Source of the DNA: Salisapilia sapeloensis CBS 127946
Lineage: Eukaryota > Protista > Oomycota
DNA length: 64,000 bases
Assembly (NCBI GenBank): GCA_023334545.1
Contig: JAADVB010000086.1
Location: forward strand, 1 to 64,000
Direction of reading: 5' to 3'
In this document: piece after piece, positions 37,599 to 48,070 of the stretch
Layout of the letters: each line of letters begins with the position of its first letter
Numbering within the stretch: the stretch's first letter is position 1
Made by a program: the position numbers and the translations under genes
The notes under the pieces: generated by a model
The model's database searches: none
What the model was told of the DNA's origin: nothing
What the model saw: only the letters and a program-made list of their open reading frames with translations

Positions 37599-39548
37599 CT
37601 AATAAGGCTCATCCATCACTGGGTTGTGGCTCAAATTTCTATAAACCAGTGGAAACGTTTATCAACTATGCGTCAGATAAAGCACTGGAGTTGCTTACAA
37701 AGAGATAAAGTGAAGTTCCATGCTCATGTACACTTGTAGAGCACTTAAAGCTAGAAAAGCTTCTTTCCAAGGTCTTGGATGGAATCCGTCACCCAATTTG
37801 CTATACTGAAGGTAACTAAAACATTTAATGACCCATGGGTGGTGCCATAAGTGAGTGTAAAGTATCAATCACATCATTGAGCGTAGCTTCATACATTTTG
37901 TTGATCTTTGGAATATACGCGTTGATCATGGCCAGGTTTTTCTTGCCCATCGATCTGCATGCATAAATATATAGTTACATTAGATTGAAGCATCACGCTG
38001 TAGACCGATAAATACGCACACTTCCTCCAGGTTCAGCCAATCGCCATCCCATGCTTCCAAAGTAGCTTCATTCGCAACTCTATACTAAGTTTAGCATACA
38101 AATATCAACTTTTGAATGGTTTAACACGACAACGTACAGTTTCTCCACGGTACTGAGAGCACCGGTGTGCGATTTATCAAGAAATGTCATTTTGTTTTGA
38201 CTCAAATCGCTGTCCAATTTGTTCAGTCGCATGCTCTCAAAAGAAAGCACCAAGATGCTTACACTTGTTCGAGATACTGACACTTGCTTTCACGTAGACT
38301 TTCCTGCTCCAGTAAATTATTCGACAGATTCCTGCCATCAATACTTGTGACTTCAATATAGCTAAGTGAATGAAGAATGGTGCCTTACAAATCTTTCACC
38401 TTCATTCCAGCGCAGTCAAAATCATACAAGTTATTGTTGACAAGCTACCTAGTATATACACGGGACATTATTTCTATCTGCAAGTCCACATAATGTATAG
38501 AGCTTACGCTTTGTATAGTTTGGGTATCTTCGCGTTGAATTCGAAAATATTATTGTTTTTCAACTCGCTATAAACAAGAGCAATGAACTCTATGTCGGAA
38601 ATGGACCATTAGTAGAGATTTACAATATTTCGAGGTGATTCCATTTACCAGTGAAATTCTCCAACTTCCCTTGCTTACTTATTCTGGATTAGACGCGTTA
38701 GAAAGTTGATAGACAAGCATCAAGCTTCAAGATTAGCATGAACACTTACAGTATGCTGACGTTGGGAAAGTTGTCTGGGTTTAGATTCTTGAAAAACGTT
38801 CTTTCTGTGTACCTATTCAAATCGACTTTTTACTAAGCAAATAACTTGTTGGCACTTTGTGCCATATCGAACGTACAGGGTTTTCAGCATTGGAAAGTAG
38901 CCGCGCATTGTCTTCATATGTTTGTAAGACAGGTACCTGCATTCCGAACTAAGGCGTTAGATATAAGGAGAAAGCAACTAACGACATAAAGCTTACACAT
39001 TCCCGAGCTTGGGCATCTCCGCCTTAAATTCAGAGATACTGTTATTGTTTAGCTCCCTGTACCAATACGGAAGGTAAAGTTTGTGACGCTAATGAGTAGT
39101 GAGCGATGACTCATAAGTGATAGAGGTGCTCCCACTTGCCAGTGATATTTTCCAATATTCCCTTGTTGTTCTGTATAATTTGTATATGATAGAGGATGAG
39201 GATTTAGTTATTGAAGCGGTAGTACCGACAGGAACACTTACAAAACGGTAAGGTTGGGAAAGTTTTTTGCATTTAGACTGATGAGCAATGTACCGCTCAT
39301 GTACTTTTCCAAATCAGAATTTAATAAGCACTTTACTTTAAATGTCAATGGCCATATTAAACTTACAGACTTTCCAGCTTTGGAAACTTTCCGAATATTT
39401 CTTTAATACAATTATCTTGTGCTTCGTTACAGAAACCGAATAAGTTAAGGTTTGTATGTCGAGAAGATACTTCCAGTCTATGTACATTCTCTTGGCGTGT
39501 CGATACAGGGCACCATCGAGCCTTACGATGCCCTGTCCCTTCAGATTG
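37599..39548 (-). pseudogene. LRR exon array A: 14 single-LRR exons (60/63/69/72 nt) + 117-nt exon + terminal NLSHNP exon
   Basis: Exons (minus strand): 39548-39486, 39426-39367, 39304-39242, ~39177-39115, 39056-38997, 38936-38877, 38812-38750, 38683-38624, 38567-38508, 38448-38389, 38331-38263, 38209-38138, 38079-38020, 37954-37895, 37815-37699, 37638-37599. All introns phase 2, 53-66 nt (one 79). Peptides e.g. ELNNNSISEFKAEMPKLGNV, DLSQNKMTFLDKSHTGALSTVEKL. One in-frame TAG and four damaged splice sites. Confidence 0.85.
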
Positions 39549-40049
39549 CTACAAGGTGAAGATCATTAGTGAGACGTTTTACCGAAAGTTTAGCAAAGTC
39601 GCCTACATGTCCACCTGACCGGAAAATTGCCTCGGGTATTCGGCATATATCTCTATCAATGATCAAAGCACTAGAAGGCTACAGATGATTTCTCGAGTTG
39701 TGAACTTCATCGCGATGAAGAGCGACAGTGGGTGCTGGCAAGAGAATCGGAAAATGGAGGCTGGAAGCATCAATCGATGTCGAGCGAGGCATCCAAGGGA
39801 TATCTCCAATACCGAGGGTACGACGCAATAGCATCCTCGCAATATCCGATTAGAATCAAATCCACGGTATTTCTTCTCGCAGCATAGGCGGTCTAGGACT
39901 TACAGAGCTTATGACCAGTAGAATCATGACCGTATACGACGCGGATAATGCTTCCACGACCACATTTCCAACAAGTACGACCGGTCATAAAGGTTCATTA
40001 TCATCGGACCCCTTAAAGGTTTCTAGTAGAACGAACGCACAAGCGCATG

Positions 40050-41230
40050 ATTTCATGCCTATCCTTTGATTCCATACCTCGAATGACATCTACGGACGGT
40101 ATCATCAATCAGAGACCATAGACAAGATGAGCATGACGTAACGCTCTTCAGCTTGTATTTGCTCACGATAGAACTGGTTCATAAACGAGCGGTAGCCCGT
40201 GACCAGTGATGGCCCGATTTCTTTATAGAATCCGAAATCAATTTTGGGTCTAGAAGCTAGTTGACAAATTGAATCGAGTGCGGTAATAGCTGAGTGTAAC
40301 TTGATGCCGAAATCTTGAAAGGGTCTTCTTACACGATACCGTCATCAGCCATATTTTGCGAAATGTGGAAACTTGAGCTACGCCGGACTATAGCATCTCG
40401 TATAGAAAGTCAGGCCTTTCAGAACCTCTGGTTATATCAGTAGTCCATAGTCCATGTCTGAAGAAATGCTTAAAGATCGGGCTCTAGAGTACGGTCCTTA
40501 TGGCTAGATGCCGCCTTATCGTTGTTCCGTTCCAACCGTCAAAATCTCCCTCACATAAATTTGGAGAAATAGTTTGAGCTGTCAACCGTAAGTCTCGATA
40601 TAGCTCGCTTACTTCCAGCGCCTCCAAGTTACCAAAGAAGTACATCACAGCTACCCAGACAGCGTGCATGCTTCCATGATCCAGCGCATCCTGAGTCTTA
40701 ATCGTATATGTAGCCTTGGTCGCGTCCGATGATCTATAGTTTCCTTCTAGTTTCGTCTAACGCAAAATTTCGTCGCATCTTTCAAAACGGACAATAGATG
40801 AATCTATTTTTAGCAAAAGTACTATTGGATAGTGATCGTGATGATCCTGGACACCCTTCTTCCAAGTTTCCGCCTAGAAACGGCTACGATAGTTCGACCA
40901 TGCTTTAAAGCATCCATTGGTATGTACCAAGAGCTGTGTCCAAACTCAGACCTTCGGAAGCAACGCGAACCAAGTCGTATATTGTTCTGTGACAAACTCG
41001 TATGTTCTATCATTTGCAAGTTCTGCGGAGACAAAATCGACACTGACAGATGAAATGTTCCATGGTAAGTGAGTATGCAGCCAGTGCATGTAGTACAATC
41101 TGCGGCTGCATTTAACTACGCAACGTCATGTCCGTTTGTCGACACGTAGGATAAAGCTAGAATCTATGACTCCAACAAGAGTTTATAAATGGATGATCTG
41201 AGTTTCAATAGTTACAGCGATCACTCGTAG
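40050..41230 (-). pseudogene. Degenerate hydrophobic coding region (copy B) downstream of LRR array B
   Basis: AAAIVLHALAAYS vs copy A AAIIIHALIVIS; ISSVSVDFVSAELAND vs VSSVSSVALQVEVACD; HHDHYPIVLLLKIDSS vs HFEHPAWLEVFSKIVSS; shared DNA words (agctgtgat..gtact, gctatatcg, cgtcat.ct.atc) at roughly the same ~4-kb offset as the LRR exons. Confidence 0.5.
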
Positions 41231-41625
41231 ACTAATTCAGCAGCTACTGTAGGTAAATGGTGACTTTAAACAGTCTGACGCACATGTTGATGAGTTCATA
41301 TTTTTAAAGTGCGGAAAGCTCTTAAAATAGGTATGCAGGGCGCTGTGAGGATTGATGATGTCTATCGTTTCGACTGAAAAGTATGTTATATGTAGCTAAA
41401 TGCAAAAGATTTCATTTTTGTGGTACTATGAAATGTCGTTCACGCAGTTGGTGTGTTAAAACTCTTGGTGCTCGATAGTCCGTCGTCTTTCTCCTCAAAT
41501 TGGGCGACATTCACGGGTTTCCAGATTAGACAAGCACCGAATCATCTTTGAAATCCCTACGTACTACGTAAATTAAATGAGCTTACCGTTGAAAGTGCGT
41601 ATATGAATACTCACGAAGAATCAAG

Positions 41626-43259
41626 CTATGAGGCTTCATCTTTATCTTCACCATTTATCGGGTTGCCCATCAAATTTCTACTTTTCCAATACAAAGTTTT
41701 TCCGTTTTGCATGATAAAGAAACTTTTGCCCACTTATGCTTGTATGTTGATCGTATTCATGTAGGTTTCCACCCTTGAAGATATCTTTTTAGAACCCAAA
41801 TTCTCTCTATATGGCTTTGGAAGAAAATCTTCGATCTCAGTTTGTTGTGCTGGAGGTACCTATCTCATACAAACTATCCATTAACATCTCAATGTATACT
41901 TTAAACTCTTTTATCCGTGAAGTAGATCATAAGTTCATAAACTTTCTTCATATGCGGTATATTTCCAGTGACATTGGAGAGACTGTTATTTTTCATGAAC
42001 CTATTCACATTTCAAACTCCATTAGAGTTAATAATTACGCTGGTAATCAATATAAACTTACACTCTCTCCAAATTAGAGCAATCACCACTCCATTTCTTC
42101 AACTTTGAATTCTCCGCGAATATGCCATTTATGTATAATCAATTTATCGGACTACAAATATAAAAACTAAATGGCGTACAGTATCTCAACCTAACTGAGC
42201 GTATCGGCATGCTGATCACCAAGGTTTTTGATGTTGTTTTAAATTAAATCGCTGTGCAAAATATATAGTCGCTTGCTTTTAGAGAGACATAAGGACACGT
42301 ACATCTTTTTGAGGTGTTTGCACTGATCTCCACGCAGACTCTTTTCTGTCAGCATGCTGTCCGACAGATACCTATAATCCGCTCTTATATCTTCAACGTA
42401 TAATAGTGTCTGTACAGATTTGCTTTACAAGTTTTTGAGCTTTGTCTTGGAGCAGTCAAAGTTACTGAGATTGTTTCCGCTAAGATATCTATTTTAAAGA
42501 TAAAGCATCAATTAAAAAGGTGTAAACGACAGATTGCATAGAGCTTGCGCATCGGTGATGTTCTCCTTCGTAGCGTTAATGATAGAGGTTTTGTTGTCCT
42601 CTAAATCCCTATGTGAGTGTGAAGCATCAAACCAACGTCTTGGATTAGCTATAGTCGAAGGCTTACAAGTATTCAAAGTTTTCCCCTTTCCCAGTGGTTT
42701 TCTTCAACCTGCCCATCTTGCTTACTCTAGTTCATAAGTAGTAAACGGTTAGCGTCAAACTATTGAAGCAACCGTGTTGATATGAACATTTACAGTTTAC
42801 TCATTGCTGGGAATCTGTCTCCATTCAGACTTTTGAGCAATGTTTTGCTCATGGCTCTGTTCAAATCAACCTTTAGCACGGACATCACTTTATCGCTTGT
42901 AGCCATATTACACGTACAGGTTTATCAGGTTTTTAAATATGCAAAATATCTCTTCGATAGGATTTTCACTCAGCCAACTGCATGCACATCGTGAGTCAAT
43001 CCTCATGTAATTATTTAGTACTCCAAGTTGCTGTACAGAGTTTTGTTGTATTAAAATTGGGTAGTGTTTAGCTTCGTGATCTTGTTGCAAGCCAGGTTGC
43101 TACAGTGCAAGAACTGTTAGTAGTTTTTACGAAGATATTATCGATACGCTTCCACTTCCTCCATCTCAGGTGGAAAGATCAAGGTCGATAGATTTTTATC
43201 GTCGATGCTTCTATCCTGATATTTTCCCAGCTTAGAAGCGACACCCTTGGCAAATATGC
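41626..43259 (-). pseudogene. LRR exon array B: tandem paralog of array A with 10 single-LRR exons + long exon + terminal NLMGNP exon
   Basis: Exons: 43259-43154, 43099-43037, 42977-42918, 42856-42794, 42726-42667, 42608-42549, 42488-42429, 42371-42303, 42251-42180, 42121-42062, 42000-41941, 41859-41738, 41677-41626. Same exon lengths and order as A, phase-2 introns 51-67 nt (one 81). Peptides e.g. WLSENPIEEIFCIFKNLINL, YLSGNNLSNFDCSKTKLKNL. Three in-frame stops, several damaged splice sites. Confidence 0.85.
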
Positions 43260-44162
43260 CTGTGAACGCTTAGAGCAGAAGGAAAGTGAGTATAATGACC
43301 CGATGGATGAATGTCATCGTGGCAATAAATCCAGTGGTTGCTAGCAGATAACTTTTGAAGTGAGGGGCAAAATTGAATGAAACTATTGGGCGACGTAGGG
43401 TAAGACATCAAAGGAAATTCTCAATTTCGAAAGGTATGATGAGAGGATATTCTGGCAATGGGTGACTACAATTAAGTCGAACAAGTTTCTTTTCGCGTCA
43501 TACGCGGTCATGAACCTATTTAAAAATGACTTATAAAGCTTTTTAATTGAATATGACGAAGCCAGGCTGCCCAAATGCACAAAATGAAAAATTAAATTGA
43601 TAACCAATATTGAATAAACATAGGTGACTAGGAGCTGAGACTTTAGGAAGTCATTCTAAGCGTAGGAAAAAACTCTTCAACAGTATTTTGAGTCCTGGAA
43701 CTGGTTGGAACTTTTAATAAGAGTCAAAATAAATACTTCTGCGTTCTTTAATATGCAGGCAAACGCTGCAAGTCTAGAAAGGCTTGAAAGTCAACTGCAA
43801 ATCTGTTAAAAGCTACGAAATAAGCACACTTAGCTGCTTACTTGTGCACTTTAAACGGACTGACAATTGGCGATTAATCCTGCATAGAGTTTGGGAGATA
43901 GACTGCTCGATAACGATCGTCTATTTTCTAGCTTTGATCTCCTGAGATGAGCATAAATGATCTTGTGAAGATACACAACAATCATGCCTACCAAATGACT
44001 AAATTGGGTGTTCATATAATAAGAATAAACTAAAACTTAGACGATATTATAGCTGTAAAATATCGGCTATAGCAAAAAGATGGAGCAAGTATCGAAAGGA
44101 ATTGCTGGGCGCTAATTGCTAAAGGAGGAATTTACGGAAGCAGAGCGATAAGCTCAAGATAT

Positions 44163-44531
44163 CTTGGACGTACAGTCGTCTTCCAATCGCTGCTGGAGCA
44201 GTTTTGCAAAAGTCTAGCATAAAATATAGGTAACGGTACCATATGCGTAAGATGGCCCGCTCAATCTGTTGGCTACTACCACAGGCCTGCTCTGTCTCAG
44301 CACATAAAAGTAGTTCGGTCAATTTAAAAAAGATGACATAAACGTTAAAAACTGAAAAGAAGAGGATAACGACGATGTATCATTGGATTTTAACCGATCA
44401 TGTCAAAGCATGGTCTTGTTCCTAATACGCCTGTTGAAAGAACACGGACAATGCCGCATATATCTGCCCATTAGCACGTTATGAACTACTAGATCATTGC
44501 CAGTATATCATACAGTATGCTTGCTTTAAAT
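44163..44531 (+). repeat. ~370-bp direct repeat, copy 1
   Basis: cttggacgtacagtcg...catacagtatgcttgctttaaatt; matches 50525-50893 with about 5 substitutions seen by eye. Confidence 0.95.
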
Positions 44532-44746
44532 TTGTAGCTTTAAACCGTGTTTTTGACTTATGGCCAACATCCATGAGTTTCAATGCGAGCCATCGACACT
44601 CTCTGTCCATTGAGCGTACAAACGCAAAAAGAAACTGTACACACCTGAACAATATGATATAAAATGCTGTACATGATCATTAGATGTAAAAACAGGCATA
44701 TGTTCAGCCCATTTTTGTTTTTCGCGTCATTCATACCACGCACAGC

Positions 44747-47700
44747 CTACGTTGCTTTTTGTAGTTGTGCACATTCTTCTGCACGACAGCGAGTCGTAAA
44801 AATCCATTCAGTGTTTTTCAAGTCGCTTTGTCCAAAAAACCAATCGACGATACCCATGTATCCCAGATAAGATGCAAGCATCACCGCCGAGCATTCTATC
44901 TCTTCCCACTCCTCCGAAAGGTGATCTTCACGCACTCGAAGGGCCATAGTATCGTTTATGTTGAAGTCTTCCAATAAAATCATCTCCGCCCAGCTGACGA
45001 ACTTGTCCTTGTCACCAGCAGACATGGTGACAGCATAGTGGAGTGGATGCATTCTAAGGAGCTTCTTGGGTACCTTGGACAAATCCACAAAAGTAGGCTT
45101 TGCATGCATAGTTGGTAACACGAGGTTGTCAGTCACAAGCTGCTCTTCTCCAGTATTTGTCACCTTGTTATCTTTCTGCTGCTTCTGAATCATCCTGACA
45201 ATATCCGCCATAGAATATCGATTTACTTTGCATGTTCTCTTTGTGCGTTTTTGACTGGCATTGTCTCCTTTAGAAGATGAGCCTACTTGATTAGTCTTGC
45301 CATGTCTAGGTGCCACATCATGCTCACAGGCTTTATTGTCCTCAGATATCACATCTCTTTGATTTTGATCATTTTCTTCCGATGACACACCTTGACAGGC
45401 CTTGTTGTCCGCAAGTGATGCATCTTCTTGCTCGATCTGATCGTCTCGGCTCAGGCGTTCATACTCATGGTTCGCTGGAAGCGTACATCCGGGTTCTTCC
45501 CCCAAGCTATCAAACGATGGGATGCTTGAATGTACACTGGTGGGAGCGTCTTCGTTAGCATCTTCTGCAGTACAATAAGTCTCACTTTCAGCGTCGAGGC
45601 AGGAAAAAAGTTCTTCCAATTTAGACGCAAATCGGTCAGGAGGAAGAGTAACCTCGATGCCATCCAATGTAGAACAAACATTCTCCAATTCAGTGTCCAG
45701 TTCGGTAATGGCTGCTTCTAGCTTGGCTGTAAAATCGTCAAGAGCATGAAAAGTCTCATTAGTGCCTTCTGCTATACCGAGATTCACGCTTTCTTTGTTC
45801 AATGTGGAAGCGGCCTCTTGTAGCCTAGATGCGAATTCATAGGGAAGAATGGCAGCCCCACTGAGTGCATTTTGTATCTCTTCGTTGTTCATGAGCTCTT
45901 CGATCCCGTTTAAAGTGCCTTCAATCGTGCTGGATGCCGCATCCGTAGCGGACATAACAAGGTCTAGTATCTCCGGGACGAAGCTAAGACCTACGAACGC
46001 GAGCGGTGCACAAACCATACCTATGCCCGCGCGGATCTTTTTCCTTTTTATCTCCTTTTTCTCCTTTTCGTTGATGGCTGTCAATAGTTCTCTCTCTCTG
46101 ATTAGGCGCTCTTTTTCCTTTTTGTCAAGCGCGGTCAACAATGCCTTTTCTTTCTCAGCATCCCGTGCATTTTTTTCTCGCAGAGCCTTCAATAGCTGTT
46201 TTTCTCTTTCAATTTGTCTCTCTTCCTTTTCATCTATAGCTTTTATCAGTGCCTTCTCTCTCTCAAGTTGCCGTTGCTCCTTTTCCTGTAAAATGGCTGA
46301 TAGTTTGTTCTCTCTCTCAAGCTGCCGTTGTTCTCTTTCCTGTGAAATCTTCGCCATTGCTTTCTCCCTCTCCATTTGTCGCTGTTCCTTCTCTGCTAAA
46401 ACTTTAGCCAGCGCTCTCTCTTTCTCCGCTTCTCGTTTTCTATTTTCTTCTAGCGCCGTCGTCAATGCCTTAAAGTTGTTTTTAAGTACCTCATAGTTAC
46501 GCTCAGTAGCTGTCTGCCGGCTGTCAAGCTTTCGGACACTTTGTTTAATATGTTGAACCCAGTCTGCATTCTCCACATTTATCTTCATCATTTCAGCAAA
46601 GAAGTAATCCTTCTGTTCTTGCGAAATAAGCTTTCGCTTTTTCATTTCTGCGTTGATTTGGATAAACACATTTCGTTCATCATTTTCGTAGACATAGCAG
46701 CGACTGATTGACATCATTAAGCCCTTCTGAACTAATGGTTTTAGTGTTTCTGGTTGAAGATGGCAAACAGCTAGTTTCATCACAAGACCGATATCTTTCA
46801 TAGATGTCGAACATAAGAGCGTCGAGCGGATTAATTGGGCTTGTTCTGAAAGCGTCATGTCTTGACCTTCGATTAGTTTCTGAGTGCACTCTTTAAAGTA
46901 GACTTTCATAGTCTCCACTATCATGTCTCGTGTTTCATTTATTGAACTCTCGTCTTCTTCTGCTTCTGAGATGAGCGATTTGGCGTTAATACTTTTGTAA
47001 GGATCGAGGCCAAAGCTTATCATAGCCTTGAGTGCAGTCAGATTTCGATAGACTGCAGCATGCTGCATCAGCGTCAGTTCATCTGAAAATCTCGTCGTTT
47101 CCATCCACTCCTTGTTTCCGTTGATCCAATTCGTGATAACGTCTATCTGCTCAGTATCTCCCGTTAAAAATGCAAAGTAGAGCATCTCAAGTCTGTGGTC
47201 ATGCAAGACGGAAGTGAGTGTGCGTTTCCACTTCGAGTCTTTGAGAGACTCCATAGCAGATTTAGCGTCTTCCGATCTTGCTATCATCTCGCTCACAGAT
47301 TGTTGAGTGATCGACTGACGTAAGATTCCTTGTACAATGTCACGATTCTTACTGTATAACCCTCTCGTTAAACTTGTATATGGATCCAAAAGAGCCACCA
47401 TAATATCGGCATTTTTATTGCTTTTGGCAAAGCACATCGCAGTTCTGCCAAGACGGTCTCTTGCATTCGGGTTTGCTCCGCATTTAAGCAACACCTTTGC
47501 AACATTGACATGTCCTTCTCGAATGGCAATATGAAGTGGAGTATTACCAAATTCACATGTAGCGTTGAGGTTCGCACCACTTTTTAATAACGCAATTGCC
47601 ACCGCCACTTGACCATTTTCGGCAGCGATATGAAGTGAAGTATTGCCAAACTCACACGTAGCGTTGACATGAGCGCCATTTTCTAGTAACATGTTTGCCA

Positions 47701-48070
47701 TTGTCATATGATCCGTTTTGGTAGCAATATAAAGTGGAGTGTAACCAAACCAATCCAGTTTGTTGACGTCAGCACCATTTCGTAGTAGCACCTTTGCCAC
47801 CTTCACTTTGCCATTTTCAACAGCGATGTGAAGTGGAGAGAGAAAACAGTTATTTTGCTTGTTAACGTCTGCTTTATACTGTAACAATAGCTCGATCACT
47901 TCGACATGACCACCTGACACCGCCATCATCAACGGTGAGAAGAATTCGTCGACATCTCCATTTTCCCAGTTCACGTCACCACCCTTCTGAATCATTTTGC
48001 GAACTCCTTCTAGATCTCCTAATTTTGCGTACTTCCATAGCTTCTCATCTGTACTATTCATTCCAGGCAT
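44747..48070 (-). CDS. Intronless ankyrin-repeat / coiled-coil protein (1107 aa)
   Basis: About 7 N-terminal ankyrin repeats (SPLHIAVENGKVKVAKVLLRNGADVN etc.), further ank-like units centrally and at the C-terminus, 7x18-aa charged repeats, hydrophobic segment IRAGIGMVCAPLAFVGLSFV. Confidence 0.9.
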   Translation of the reverse strand: MPGMNSTDEKLWKYAKLGDLEGVRKMIQKGGDVNWENGDVDEFFSPLMMAVSGGHVEVIELLLQYKADVNKQNNCFLSPLHIAVENGKVKVAKVLLRNGADVNKLDWFGYTPLYIATKTDHMTMANMLLENGAHVNATCEFGNTSLHIAAENGQVAVAIALLKSGANLNATCEFGNTPLHIAIREGHVNVAKVLLKCGANPNARDRLGRTAMCFAKSNKNADIMVALLDPYTSLTRGLYSKNRDIVQGILRQSITQQSVSEMIARSEDAKSAMESLKDSKWKRTLTSVLHDHRLEMLYFAFLTGDTEQIDVITNWINGNKEWMETTRFSDELTLMQHAAVYRNLTALKAMISFGLDPYKSINAKSLISEAEEDESSINETRDMIVETMKVYFKECTQKLIEGQDMTLSEQAQLIRSTLLCSTSMKDIGLVMKLAVCHLQPETLKPLVQKGLMMSISRCYVYENDERNVFIQINAEMKKRKLISQEQKDYFFAEMMKINVENADWVQHIKQSVRKLDSRQTATERNYEVLKNNFKALTTALEENRKREAEKERALAKVLAEKEQRQMEREKAMAKISQEREQRQLERENKLSAILQEKEQRQLEREKALIKAIDEKEERQIEREKQLLKALREKNARDAEKEKALLTALDKKEKERLIRERELLTAINEKEKKEIKRKKIRAGIGMVCAPLAFVGLSFVPEILDLVMSATDAASSTIEGTLNGIEELMNNEEIQNALSGAAILPYEFASRLQEAASTLNKESVNLGIAEGTNETFHALDDFTAKLEAAITELDTELENVCSTLDGIEVTLPPDRFASKLEELFSCLDAESETYCTAEDANEDAPTSVHSSIPSFDSLGEEPGCTLPANHEYERLSRDDQIEQEDASLADNKACQGVSSEENDQNQRDVISEDNKACEHDVAPRHGKTNQVGSSSKGDNASQKRTKRTCKVNRYSMADIVRMIQKQQKDNKVTNTGEEQLVTDNLVLPTMHAKPTFVDLSKVPKKLLRMHPLHYAVTMSAGDKDKFVSWAEMILLEDFNINDTMALRVREDHLSEEWEEIECSAVMLASYLGYMGIVDWFFGQSDLKNTEWIFTTRCRAEECAQLQKAT
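46049..46426 (-). repeat. Seven tandem 54-bp (18-aa) coding repeats, consensus EREKAL.KAL.EKE.RQ.
   Basis: EKERALAKVLAEKEQRQM / EREKAMAKISQEREQRQL / ERENKLSAILQEKEQRQL / EREKALIKAIDEKEERQI / EREKQLLKALREKNARDA / EKEKALLTALDKKEKERL / IRERELLTAINEKEKKEI. Confidence 0.9.

Noticed and set aside
37800-38200. Apparent LINE AP-endonuclease motifs (VDICML, MINAYIP) on the minus strand
   Set aside because: The same bases are fully explained by LRR exons and their introns (MINAYIP lies in exon 37954-37895).
38298-39392. Clustered GGAAAGT/ACTTTCC heptamers suggesting transposon subterminal repeats or a satellite
   Set aside because: They mostly fall in recurring LRR codons (e.g. NFP, KFP, LES) of the exon array.
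39700-40700. Retroelement-like hints: CWKCGR zinc-knuckle-like and gag-like words on the minus strand, SIGGLGL on the plus strand
   Set aside because: They need frameshifts, point to contradictory strands, and much of the interval aligns with the hydrophobic region of the neighbouring tandem unit.
38445-43153. RIP-like directional C>T mutagenesis as the cause of LRR decay
   Set aside because: Lesions include several transversions and no consistent dinucleotide context; too few sites to support it.
44163-44531. Direct repeats as LTRs of a retrotransposon
   Set aside because: No gag/pol between them, no PBS/PPT or TSD seen, and identity extends past the only TG...CA boundaries.
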